Positions 1 through 7,772 of a stretch of 34,632 nt of DNA are shown piece after piece. The stretch is from contig JAZFSU010000280.1 in NCBI GenBank assembly GCA_036446335.1, positions 1 to 34,632 on the forward strand, in the 5' to 3' direction. Under the pieces are notes generated by a model that worked only from the letters and a program-made list of their open reading frames with translations, was not told the origin of the DNA and ran no database searches. The DNA is from Dehalococcoidia bacterium. Lineage in GTDB: Bacteria; Chloroflexota; Dehalococcoidia; SZUA-161. Position 1 is the first letter of the stretch, and the number at the start of each line of letters is the position of its first letter. The translations under genes were made by a program, and so were the position numbers.

Positions 1-581
1 CCAAGGCCGAGGCCCAAAGCCCTAGGACCATCGAGTAGATTATGTCAAGCGCAAGATATTTCATAGGGTTTCTGGATGGCGATCCAGACATCCCATCCAT
101 CACTGCCAGCGACTTCAGGCGCTTCATCATCGATCTTCGGGAGACCCACAAGTAGGTGTTGCCCCCCCTCTTGAAAGTTGAGCTTTAGAAGCTCCCATCT
201 CAGCCCAACGCACGCACCGATCGGGGATTCCGTGACTACACCCTGTTGCTCACTTTCGCTGATACTGGGGCTAGACTGTCTGAGATCACCAATCTGAGCA
301 TGAGCGACGTAGGCATTGAGAGCGGATACCTCAGAGTTATGGGTAAGGGCGGCAGGGAGAGGTAAATCCCCTTCGGTCGGAAAGTGGCGAAAGCGCTGCT
401 GAAATATAGGGTGAAGCATCGCCCTGAGCCGCTGGTGCCCGGACGCTTCTTCCTCACGGTGGACGGTCGGCTTCTTGGAGCGGGCAAAGCGGCTGACGGG
501 AAGGCTTGCCACACTTGGCGCTACAGGTGTATCATTGTTCACGAGAGCCATCACGAGGAGGAATGCCTCACGGCGAGTTGA
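1..581 (+). pseudogene. Decayed tyrosine recombinase (XerC/XerD / phage-integrase family) remnant; 5' end runs off the window
   Basis: One frame (positions divisible by 3) reads ..SPRTIE*IMSSARYFIGFLDGDPDIPSITASDFRRFIIDLRETHK*..*KLPSQPNARTDRGFRDYTLLLTFADTGARLSEITNLSMSDVGIESGYLRVMGKGGRER*IPFGRKVAKALLKYRVKHRPEPLVPGRFFLTVDGR. The block RD..LLL..DTG.R.SE...L...D....G.L.V.GKG.KER.IP is typical of tyrosine recombinases. In-frame stops lie at 36-38, 153-155 and 186-188 (TAG) and 363-365 (TAA). About 35 aa seem to be missing between the N-terminal SAM-like part and the RDYTLLL block. The C-terminal catalytic H-R-Y part is not recognisable, and the region abuts bioF. Confidence 0.6.
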
Positions 582-606
582 GTGGGAAATCCTCGCTATA
601 GACCAG

Positions 607-1815
607 ATGGCCGCGTATATGCCTACACATCGTAGCGCTTCCAGCTTCATATGCCAGCATCTGGAGTCTCTCAAAGAGAAGAACCTGTATCGCCAGCTAC
701 GGGTCGTCGAAAGCGCACAGGGCTCCTGGGTCAAGCTTGAAGGCAAGAAAGCCCTGAATCTGTGCTCAAATGACTACCTCGGGCTGGCGACACACCCTCA
801 GGTCACAGAAGCCGCAGCACAGGCGATAAGCAAATGGGGTTGTGGTAGCGGAGCCTCACGTCTGATCTGTGGTACCCACTCCTATCACCAAGATCTGGAG
901 CGGCGTTTGGCTGAATTCAAAGGGGTCGAGGCTACACTGCTCTACAATAGCGGCTACAATGCCAATCTGGGGATTATCTCCGCCATGGTAGGCAAGGGAG
1001 ATTGCGTATTCAGTGACGAACTGAACCACGCCAGCATCATCGACGGTTGCCGCTTGAGCCAGGCGAAGGCCCTAGTGTTCCCCCACAACGACATGGAGGC
1101 CTTGGAGGAGAAACTGCACTGGGCCTCCAGCATAGGTCGCGCGAAGCGAAAACTGATAGTGGTGGACGGTGTGTTCAGTATGGACGGGGACCTGGCCCCT
1201 CTTCCAGAGCTTGTGAATCTGGCGGAAAAGCATGACTGCTTGTTGATGGTCGACGAAGCCCATGCCACCGGAGTTCTGGGGCCCAAGGGCCGAGGCGTGG
1301 CAGCCCTTTTCGGGGTGGAAAAGCGCGTTCCAATATTGATGGGCACTTTGGGCAAAGCTCTGGGCTCTTCCGGGGGATTTGCGGCAGGAAGCCAGGAGTT
1401 GATCGAATTTCTGATAAACACCTCACGTAGCTTCATCTTCACCACGGCACTTCCCGCAGGAGTAGTGCTCTCAGCCCAGACAGCCCTGGACGTACTGGTT
1501 GCGGACCCATCGCTACCACTGAAAGTGCTAGAGAATGCGAGCTACTTGCGTGACGGGCTAAACAAGTTGGGATACAACACGCTGAATTCTGAAACCCAGA
1601 TAATCCCGTTAGTAGTTGGGGACGCTGCCCGCGCCTTGGAGATGTCTCGCCTCCTTCTGAACGAAGGCGTGCTGGCCACAGCCATACGTCCTCCAACTGT
1701 TCCCGAGGGAACCTGCCGCATTAGAGCAACAGTGATGGCTACTCACACTCGGCAGGACTTGGATTTTGCCTTGAGGGCCTTTGAGAAATCGGGGCGTAGA
1801 ATGGGGATTCTCTAG
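607..1815 (+). CDS. bioF: 8-amino-7-oxononanoate synthase
   Basis: ORF 475..1815; I prefer ATG 607 (alternative ATG 619), because the TTG-475 extension overlaps the integrase remnant and looks non-coding. Motifs of the KBL/BioF class-II aminotransferase family: NLCSNDYLGL, YNSGYNANLG, DELNHASIIDG, FSMDGD, VDEAHATG, GTLGKALG (PLP lysine), AIRPPTVP. First gene of a bioFADB string. Confidence 0.9.
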   Translation: MAAYMPTHRSASSFICQHLESLKEKNLYRQLRVVESAQGSWVKLEGKKALNLCSNDYLGLATHPQVTEAAAQAISKWGCGSGASRLICGTHSYHQDLERRLAEFKGVEATLLYNSGYNANLGIISAMVGKGDCVFSDELNHASIIDGCRLSQAKALVFPHNDMEALEEKLHWASSIGRAKRKLIVVDGVFSMDGDLAPLPELVNLAEKHDCLLMVDEAHATGVLGPKGRGVAALFGVEKRVPILMGTLGKALGSSGGFAAGSQELIEFLINTSRSFIFTTALPAGVVLSAQTALDVLVADPSLPLKVLENASYLRDGLNKLGYNTLNSETQIIPLVVGDAARALEMSRLLLNEGVLATAIRPPTVPEGTCRIRATVMATHTRQDLDFALRAFEKSGRRMGIL

Positions 1816-1837
1816 GGGAGAAACGAAGGAAGCTGTG

Positions 1838-3205
1838 ATGACTCATGATATCACTCTCGAGGAGCTGAAACACCTGGATAGCCAGTTTGTTTGGCATCCG
1901 TTCACCCAGATGTCAGACTGGCTGACTGAGGAACCTCTCATTATCGCGGCGGGATATGGAAACTACCTTGAGGATGTCCAGGGACGCCGATACTTGGATG
2001 GCATATCCTCTCTCTGGGTTACTGTCCACGGACACCAGCACCCGGACATAAACCGGGCAATAACTGACCAGCTATCGTGTATTGCCCACTCCACTTTTCT
2101 GGGACTATCCAATGTGCCTGCTATCCGGTTGGCCAAAGAACTGGTGGACATCACGCCCGAGAGCTTGCAGAAGGTCTTCTACTCCGACAACGGCTCAACT
2201 GCGGTAGAGGTTGCCCTCAAAATGGCTTTTCAGTTCTGGCTGCAATCCGAGGGGCAACACACCCCCAAGACCCGCTTCATCTCGTTTGTCAATGGCTATC
2301 ATGGCGATACAATCGGCTCCGTGAGTGTGGGCGGAATTGACCTGTTCCATAGAACATACAAGCCGCTCCTCTTTGATAGCATTAGGGTCAATTCTCCATA
2401 CTGCTATCGATGCCACCTGGGCAACGAGTACCCGGGGTGCCAGATGTCCTGCTTGGCAGAGGTAGAAGAGGCAATGGCCCAGCATCACGAAGAAGTGGCT
2501 GCTATAGTTGTGGAGCCCTTGATCCAGGGTGCTGCAGGAATGATAGTCTTTCCCCCGGGATACACCCGTCGCGTCAGGGAATTGGCCGCCAAGTACAACA
2601 TCCTTTTCATCGCCGATGAAGTGGCCACCGGCTTTGGACGCACTGGCGCTATGTTCGCTTGTCAACTGGAGGAAATAGAACCCGACTTCATGGCAGTGGC
2701 CAAGGGTATCACCGGGGGCTACTTGCCGCTCGCCGCCACTCTAGCCACACAGAAGGTGTTCGATGCCTTCTGTGGAGAGTACAAGGAGTTCAAAACTTTC
2801 TTCCACGGCCACACCTATACCGGCAATCCGTTGGCTTGCGCCGCTGCCCTGGCTAACCTTGAAATACTCCAGGCAGAAGACACTTTGGATAGACTTCAGG
2901 AGAAGATCGCTTTCTTCAGCAGCGGACTGCAAGAGCTTCGACAGCTGAACCATGTGGGCGACATCCGTCAGCTGGGCTTCATGGTAGGGGTTGAGCTGGT
3001 TGACGACAAAGACGAGAAGGAGCCATATCCCGTTGAAGCCAAGACAGCCATAAGGGTAATCCAGGAAGCCCGCAAAAGAGGGCTCATCATAAGACCTCTG
3101 GGAGATGTCGTGGTCCTAGTGCCACCCTTGAGCACAAGTCTTGAGGAATTGGGTGACCTGCTTCAAATAACGTTTGACAGCATCAAAGTGGTGACAGATA
3201 CATAG
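1838..3205 (+). CDS. bioA: Adenosylmethionine-8-amino-7-oxononanoate aminotransferase
   Basis: ORF 1781..3205; ATG 1838 follows a purine-rich GGGGAGAAACGAAGGAAG. Motifs: FVWHPFTQM, DNGSTAVEVALKMA, FVNGYHGDT, ADEVATGFGRTG, AVAKGITGGYLPLAA, HGHTYTGNPLACAAA (class-III PLP aminotransferase, BioA pattern). Confidence 0.92.
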   Translation: MTHDITLEELKHLDSQFVWHPFTQMSDWLTEEPLIIAAGYGNYLEDVQGRRYLDGISSLWVTVHGHQHPDINRAITDQLSCIAHSTFLGLSNVPAIRLAKELVDITPESLQKVFYSDNGSTAVEVALKMAFQFWLQSEGQHTPKTRFISFVNGYHGDTIGSVSVGGIDLFHRTYKPLLFDSIRVNSPYCYRCHLGNEYPGCQMSCLAEVEEAMAQHHEEVAAIVVEPLIQGAAGMIVFPPGYTRRVRELAAKYNILFIADEVATGFGRTGAMFACQLEEIEPDFMAVAKGITGGYLPLAATLATQKVFDAFCGEYKEFKTFFHGHTYTGNPLACAAALANLEILQAEDTLDRLQEKIAFFSSGLQELRQLNHVGDIRQLGFMVGVELVDDKDEKEPYPVEAKTAIRVIQEARKRGLIIRPLGDVVVLVPPLSTSLEELGDLLQITFDSIKVVTDT

Positions 3206-3206
3206 T

Positions 3207-3917
3207 ATGGGAAAGGGTATTCTTATCACCGGAACAGACACGGACGTGGGCAAGACCATTGTAACCGGCGGTTTGGCAGCAGTCCTCCGGGAGAATGGGG
3301 TGGATGTCGGGGTCATGAAACCTGTCGAATCCGGATGCAGGCGCGAGGATAACAACCTGATTCCTCAAGATGCACTTTTCCTTCGGGAAATGGCTGGATG
3401 CCAAGATGAGATGCAACTGGTGAATCCATATGCTTTGGAACATCCCCTGGCTCCAGCCACTGCGGCTCAACTGGAGGGGGTGGCCATCGAACTGGACGTG
3501 ATTCGTGAAGCTTACTCCATTTTGACATCACGTCACGAGTTGGTCTTGATAGAGGGGGCCGGAGGAATGTTGGCTCCTCTCAACTCCCAGCTGTTCATGG
3601 CTGACCTGGCGATCAAACTGGGGGACATACCCATACTGGTGGTTGCACGGGATACCTTGGGCGCCATCAATCATACCCTTCTGACGATTCATTATGCTCG
3701 CACGGAGAAGATCGATGTGATGGGCATGGTGCTAAACTGCACATGTTCCCGGTGTGGGCTGGAGGATTGCCACAACATGGAAGGGCTGCAACGTCTAGCA
3801 GACGCACCTCTTCTGGGGAGGCTGCCTTTCTTGCCTCACACTGATCGTGAGAGCATCAAGAAAGCCGTTAGATCGAATCTGGATATGGAGCCTCTGCTTC
3901 AGTGGCTCGGGAGGTAG
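3207..3917 (+). CDS. bioD: Dethiobiotin synthetase (ATP-dependent)
   Basis: Starts 1 nt after the bioA TAG. N-terminal GILITGTDTDVGKT P-loop plus VLIEGAGG, typical of BioD. About 236 aa, positioned between bioA and bioB. Confidence 0.9.
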   Translation: MGKGILITGTDTDVGKTIVTGGLAAVLRENGVDVGVMKPVESGCRREDNNLIPQDALFLREMAGCQDEMQLVNPYALEHPLAPATAAQLEGVAIELDVIREAYSILTSRHELVLIEGAGGMLAPLNSQLFMADLAIKLGDIPILVVARDTLGAINHTLLTIHYARTEKIDVMGMVLNCTCSRCGLEDCHNMEGLQRLADAPLLGRLPFLPHTDRESIKKAVRSNLDMEPLLQWLGR

Positions 3918-3921
3918 GAGA

Positions 3922-4917
3922 ATGAACTACCAGGATGCGGCAGCACTGTCTCTTCAAGGGCTGCCGCTGGATCGAGAGCAGTGTCGTTCAGTCCTACATT
4001 GCCCACAAGATAGCATACTGGAGCTTCTACAGGCTGCGTTCATGGTTAGAAAGCAATACTTCGGGAACAAAGTGATTCTTCAACTTCTAATCAACGCCAA
4101 GAGTGGCCTTTGCACGGAAGACTGCGCCTACTGTTCTCAATCCGGCCCTTCTGAAGCATCTATTGACAGATACCCAATTCTGGATGCGGAGAAAATCATC
4201 GCTGGGGCCTTCACGGCGAAATCCAGCCACGCCAAGAGATACTGCATAGTTACCAGCGGCATCGGGCCCAGCCAAGAGGAGCTGGAGCATATTTGCCAGA
4301 CAGTGCGCAGAATAAGAGCAGAGGTTGATGTCGAAATATGCACCTCCCTTGGGCTTCTCAGTGAGGAGGATGCTCAAAGGCTTAGGGAAGCCGGCGTTGA
4401 CCGCTACAACCACAATCTCAATACATCTGAGCGTTTCTACCCGCAGATCTGTACTACACACAACTACAAAGATCGAATCAATACGTTGCAGAATGCCAGG
4501 AAAGCGGGATTGAAACTGTGCTGCGGGGCCCTCTTTGGAATGGGCGAAAGCGACGATGATATAATTGACCTGGGCCTGGCTCTTCGAGAAGTAGGCCCTG
4601 ACTCAATACCTGTGAACTTCTTGCATCCCATCCAAGGCACCTCACTGGAACAAGCTAGTGGCCCCACTCCTTTGGAATGTCTCTGCATATTGTGTTTGAT
4701 GCGCTTCCTTAATCCCAGCACGGAAATCAGGGTGGCCGGTGGCAGGGAGCTCCGTCTGCGCTCCCTCCAACCTCTGCTCCTCTACCCAGCCAACTCTGTT
4801 TTCGTTTCCGGCTATCTGTCTACCGACGGACAAGGACCGAAAGAAGCCCAGCAGATGATAGCTGATATGGGCTTCACGGTGGAAGAGGAAGCGGTGGACA
4901 AAGTGTCGGCTGCCTAG
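3922..4917 (+). CDS. bioB: Biotin synthase (radical SAM)
   Basis: ORF 3847..4917; ATG 3922 is preceded by GGGAGGTAGGAG. Radical-SAM CTEDCAYCSQS (CxxxCxxC), YNHNLNTS, GALFGMGES and a C-terminal GYLST.G pattern of BioB. Confidence 0.92.
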   Translation: MNYQDAAALSLQGLPLDREQCRSVLHCPQDSILELLQAAFMVRKQYFGNKVILQLLINAKSGLCTEDCAYCSQSGPSEASIDRYPILDAEKIIAGAFTAKSSHAKRYCIVTSGIGPSQEELEHICQTVRRIRAEVDVEICTSLGLLSEEDAQRLREAGVDRYNHNLNTSERFYPQICTTHNYKDRINTLQNARKAGLKLCCGALFGMGESDDDIIDLGLALREVGPDSIPVNFLHPIQGTSLEQASGPTPLECLCILCLMRFLNPSTEIRVAGGRELRLRSLQPLLLYPANSVFVSGYLSTDGQGPKEAQQMIADMGFTVEEEAVDKVSAA

Positions 4918-5039
4918 ATAGACAACCAGCTGATCAGATATGACCTGCCCGTCAAGTTGATGTTCGAGCGTGTCGCCAGAAAATAGGGTGTCAAGCGCCC
5001 TTCCACGCAGTCCCCGGGCTTCCCGCCGGTGCTCGGCCG

Positions 5040-5522
5040 CTAGCCGCCGAAGGTCAGGAACGGCGCCTCGACCGAGTTGCCCGAGGAAGTGTAGCTTCCC
5101 GGCGTCAGCTGAACGGGTATATCGAAGACATTCGTCGCGTCCCATGCCTCGATGTTGTCCAGGGTCAGCGGGCTGGAGCCGCCCCCATCGCCTGTGACTT
5201 CGAACTCCACCACCGCGAGAGACCCGTCCCCGCTCATTCCCGTGGAGTCGACCACCGAGATCACCACCCAGCCGGGGGTGCCAGTATCGTATTCCATCAT
5301 CGCGTCGCCGGATAGCGCGCCGGCTTTCACGTCGACTGGTGTGAGCACGTTCGCGTCGTAGCCCAGCTCGATGTGCACGGCGCCCAGGTCGTCAGCGTTC
5401 CGGGCCTGAATGGGCACGGAGACCTCGCCGGAGGCGCTGTCGACGAGCCCGAGTGCCACCACCACTCCTGCCGCTGCGAGAGCCGCAACCACCAGTACCG
5501 CTATGATCAGCTTCGTTCTCAT
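5040..5522 (-). CDS. Membrane-anchored cohesin-domain protein (N-terminal TM helix + single cohesin-like module)
   Basis: 160-aa ORF. The ATG lies 1 nt after the upstream TAG, with AGGAGGAG inside the end of the upstream gene. Hydrophobic N-terminus (LIIAVLVVAALAAAGVVVALGL), then VSVPIQARNADDLGAVHIELGYDANVLTPVDVKAG....GSLAVVEFEVTG, which matches the cohesin beta-sandwich pattern also seen in the neighbouring gene. Confidence 0.7.
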   Translation of the reverse strand: MRTKLIIAVLVVAALAAAGVVVALGLVDSASGEVSVPIQARNADDLGAVHIELGYDANVLTPVDVKAGALSGDAMMEYDTGTPGWVVISVVDSTGMSGDGSLAVVEFEVTGDGGGSSPLTLDNIEAWDATNVFDIPVQLTPGSYTSSGNSVEAPFLTFGG

Positions 5523-5523
5523 C

Positions 5524-7545
5524 CTAGCTCCTCCTCTGAGCCGCTTCCTGCAGGATTATGCGGGCATCGTCCGGTGTGACGCTCCCGCTCCCGTTCATGT
5601 CGGCGACGAGATTCTCAGTTTCCAGTTTCACATACATTCGCAACGCATGGAGAACATCCGCCTCGTTGAGCCGCCCGTCGCCATTGGCGTCGCCGTCTTG
5701 AGGCGCTCCGATGGTGATCACACCGGCCACGGTCCCGATGTCGAGTGTCGCGCCTGCAGCGCCGGCAGCCACCACGTCAGTGAACGTCAGGTCGCTCGTG
5801 CTGCCCGCTGAGCCGACTGCCCTGAACTCCACAACCGCAGCCCATCCACTGCCACTCTTCTCCGTGGTGGAGGCGAAACCAAAGCGCACTATGCCCGGCT
5901 CGTTCGCGTTGGGCACGAAGGTGAATGACTGCAGCAGAGAGCCTTTGACTACGTCAACCGCCTCCACGACCGCCGGATCGTAATGGAGGTTGAAGCCCAG
6001 ACTCGCCAGACCGCTTGCGTTCTCGAGACGCACAGGCACATGCACTGTGTCGCCGGCCGTTACGGTGGCGCTATCGGCGACAAGCATTGCGTACCGTGGA
6101 CGCGGCGTAGGCGTGGGTGATACCGTCGGCCCGGGGGTCCCGTACGGTGTGCTTGAAGGAGTCGGCCCAGGCGTTATGGTGGGGTCCACACCTTCGGTCA
6201 GCTCGAAGTCCAGTGTGATCGATGCTCCGGATGGCAGGTCCTTCGACATGGTCTGTGACCTGTAGCCTGACTTGGAGGCCTTGACCGTTGCCAGCCCGGC
6301 GGGCACGTTTGCCAGCGAGTAGGCCCCGCTGCTGTTGGTCTGCGTGTTCACGATTCCGGAAGCCGTCACCGTCGCTCCGGCTATGGCCCGTCCGGTCTCC
6401 GAGTCGTACACGTTGCCGGATACTGCGCCGGTGTAATCGGCGCCTCGCGGATTGATGAGCAGTTGCACGAAATCGACGGCATATCCGTCCCCGGCGCCCG
6501 TCGTCGGGTCGTCAATGTAGAGCTCCAGACTCCCGCTGGAGACGGCGCTCAGGTAGCTGTCCGGGACCTGGGCCGATATCAGCTTGCCGATGGGCCCGGT
6601 CTGCCGGAGCGAGTTCAGAATGTCTTCGAGGAAAGGCGCGCGCTGTCCGTTCAGTGTTGCCTGGAACTTGCTTCTCCACACGGGAGACTGGAAGTCATCG
6701 ACGAACATCTGGATAATGGCGGAATTGACCCGAATGCCACCCAAGCTGTAGCGCATGGTGATAGCCTGGGGCAGATTGTCGGGGCGACTCGTCGTGCTTG
6801 TGTACCCGTCCTTGCCCGCAGGAGGATGCCCATCGTAGCTGGTCCCCAGCATGATCCGGTCCGTGCCGGGCGGGTCATCGGCTTCGGGGGTGTAGGGATA
6901 GCGGTGCGTCGACGTTGATCTCCCGGAGAACACGTCGAAGCCGCTTGGCCAGCCGAAGCCAAGGTTGTCCATGTCGCCGACGGTGACCACAAGGTCAGCT
7001 GCGTACCCCGATGGGGCCGGCGTCGGTGTCGGAGTAGGCGTCGGCGTTGAGGTCGGCGCTGGAGTAGCGGCCGAGCCGCCTCCGCCAAACGATCTGGTGC
7101 CGTCCGGCTGGTACATCCACCGGAACTGGTATATTCTCCCCGAGGGACTGTAGACCGACGTGATCAGTTGTATCTTGCCGTATATTCCCTGGGACTTCAT
7201 GACATATGAGTGCCCGACAATCGGCTCGGCGTCGATCTGGTAGCCGGACAGCGGCGCTTCTGCGATGCTGTCGAGAGGCACCGTGCCCATGTCTATCACA
7301 GCCTCACCCTCGAACACGTGGATGACCGAGGCATCGCCCCTGTCCGCGATGAAGAAGTCGCCCACGCCGTCCGTCAGGACCGCTGCCTGGGTGAAACTGA
7401 ACGACTCGCCGGCGTTGTCCCAGTCCGTCAGTGTAGCATAGCCGCTTACTAGTCCGGAGGCATGAATAACGGGAGTGATACCGGCAACCAGAGCGGCGAC
7501 CAGAATCAACAGCACTATCCTGGGAGTGATTCGTCGCGCTTTCAT
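5524..7545 (-). CDS. Secreted multidomain protein: signal/TM, two unassigned domains, Thr/Pro linkers, CarboxypepD_reg-like domain, cohesin, C-terminal dockerin
   Basis: ORF 5524..7581; ATG 7545 is preferred (AAGGGGGA 8 nt upstream; MKARRITPRIVLLILVAALVAG.. signal-like). In nt: unassigned domain A ~7087-7458; TPTPTPTP linker; unassigned domain B ~6445-7005; CarboxypepD_reg-like ~6196-6432 (VSGNVYDSETGRAIAGATVTASG..TNSSGAYSLANVPAG..KASKSGY); cohesin ~5707-6093 (TVTAGDTVHVPVRLENASGLASLGFNLHYDPAVVEAVDVVKG); dockerin ~5542-5700 with two F-hand loops, DANGDGRLNEADV and DMNGSGSVTPDDA. Confidence 0.75.
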   Translation of the reverse strand: MKARRITPRIVLLILVAALVAGITPVIHASGLVSGYATLTDWDNAGESFSFTQAAVLTDGVGDFFIADRGDASVIHVFEGEAVIDMGTVPLDSIAEAPLSGYQIDAEPIVGHSYVMKSQGIYGKIQLITSVYSPSGRIYQFRWMYQPDGTRSFGGGGSAATPAPTSTPTPTPTPTPAPSGYAADLVVTVGDMDNLGFGWPSGFDVFSGRSTSTHRYPYTPEADDPPGTDRIMLGTSYDGHPPAGKDGYTSTTSRPDNLPQAITMRYSLGGIRVNSAIIQMFVDDFQSPVWRSKFQATLNGQRAPFLEDILNSLRQTGPIGKLISAQVPDSYLSAVSSGSLELYIDDPTTGAGDGYAVDFVQLLINPRGADYTGAVSGNVYDSETGRAIAGATVTASGIVNTQTNSSGAYSLANVPAGLATVKASKSGYRSQTMSKDLPSGASITLDFELTEGVDPTITPGPTPSSTPYGTPGPTVSPTPTPRPRYAMLVADSATVTAGDTVHVPVRLENASGLASLGFNLHYDPAVVEAVDVVKGSLLQSFTFVPNANEPGIVRFGFASTTEKSGSGWAAVVEFRAVGSAGSTSDLTFTDVVAAGAAGATLDIGTVAGVITIGAPQDGDANGDGRLNEADVLHALRMYVKLETENLVADMNGSGSVTPDDARIILQEAAQRRS

Positions 7546-7667
7546 GTGCTTGTTCCCCCTTCTTGCCTGCTTCGTGCTCACAGCACGTCACATGAGCAGG
7601 ACCTCGCTCCGATGGTAGTGGGGGACGCAAGCGGTTTCAATCCCCAGTAAGTAAGGGTTTGCAGGGG

Positions 7668-7696
7668 AGAATAGTACTAACGTGTAGTCCTGTTAA
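7668..7696 (-). promoter_or_regulatory. Candidate sigma70-type promoter for the cohesin/dockerin operon
   Basis: The minus strand reads TTAACA-17 nt-TATTCT (plus-strand TGTTAA 7691-7696, AGAATA 7668-7673), about 120 nt upstream of ATG 7545. Pattern match only. Confidence 0.25.
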
Positions 7697-7750
7697 CATT
7701 TGTTAGGTCCCGTGAAGAACGCTGGATCGGGAGAATGACGCTGGCCGGCA

Positions 7751-7772
7751 TCCCGCGAGACAACTCGCGGGA
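7751..7772. repeat. Perfect GC-rich 9-bp inverted repeat with a 4-nt loop (hairpin), in unassigned intergenic DNA
   Basis: TCCCGCGAG-ACAA-CTCGCGGGA read directly. No flanking T/A run, so it is not a classical intrinsic terminator. Confidence 0.4.

Noticed and set aside
1-581. The idea that the in-frame TAG codons in the recombinase frame reflect TAG recoding (for example pyrrolysine or an alternative genetic code).
   Set aside because: TAG clearly terminates bioA, bioB, the GH57 gene, the Yip1 gene and the archaellin-like gene at the expected protein ends. A TAA also interrupts the frame, and the catalytic C-terminus is missing. It is a pseudogene.
45-746. 233-aa minus-strand ORF at the left edge.
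   Set aside because: It lies antisense to the recombinase relic and the bioF start, carries no motifs and has odd composition. The plus strand explains the region better.
4915-4986. 22 sense codons in frame after the bioB TAG (IDNQLIRYDLPVKLMFERVARK*), suggesting stop-codon readthrough.
   Set aside because: It is short, has no recognisable homology, and BioB is already full length with a normal C-terminus. A chance open stretch is the simplest explanation.
7627-7646. GGGGACGCAAGCGGTTTCAATCCCC, reminiscent of a CRISPR repeat end (GTTTCAATCC...).
   Set aside because: It is a single copy, with no spaced repeats anywhere in the window and no cas genes. It cannot be called a CRISPR array or even a degenerate one.
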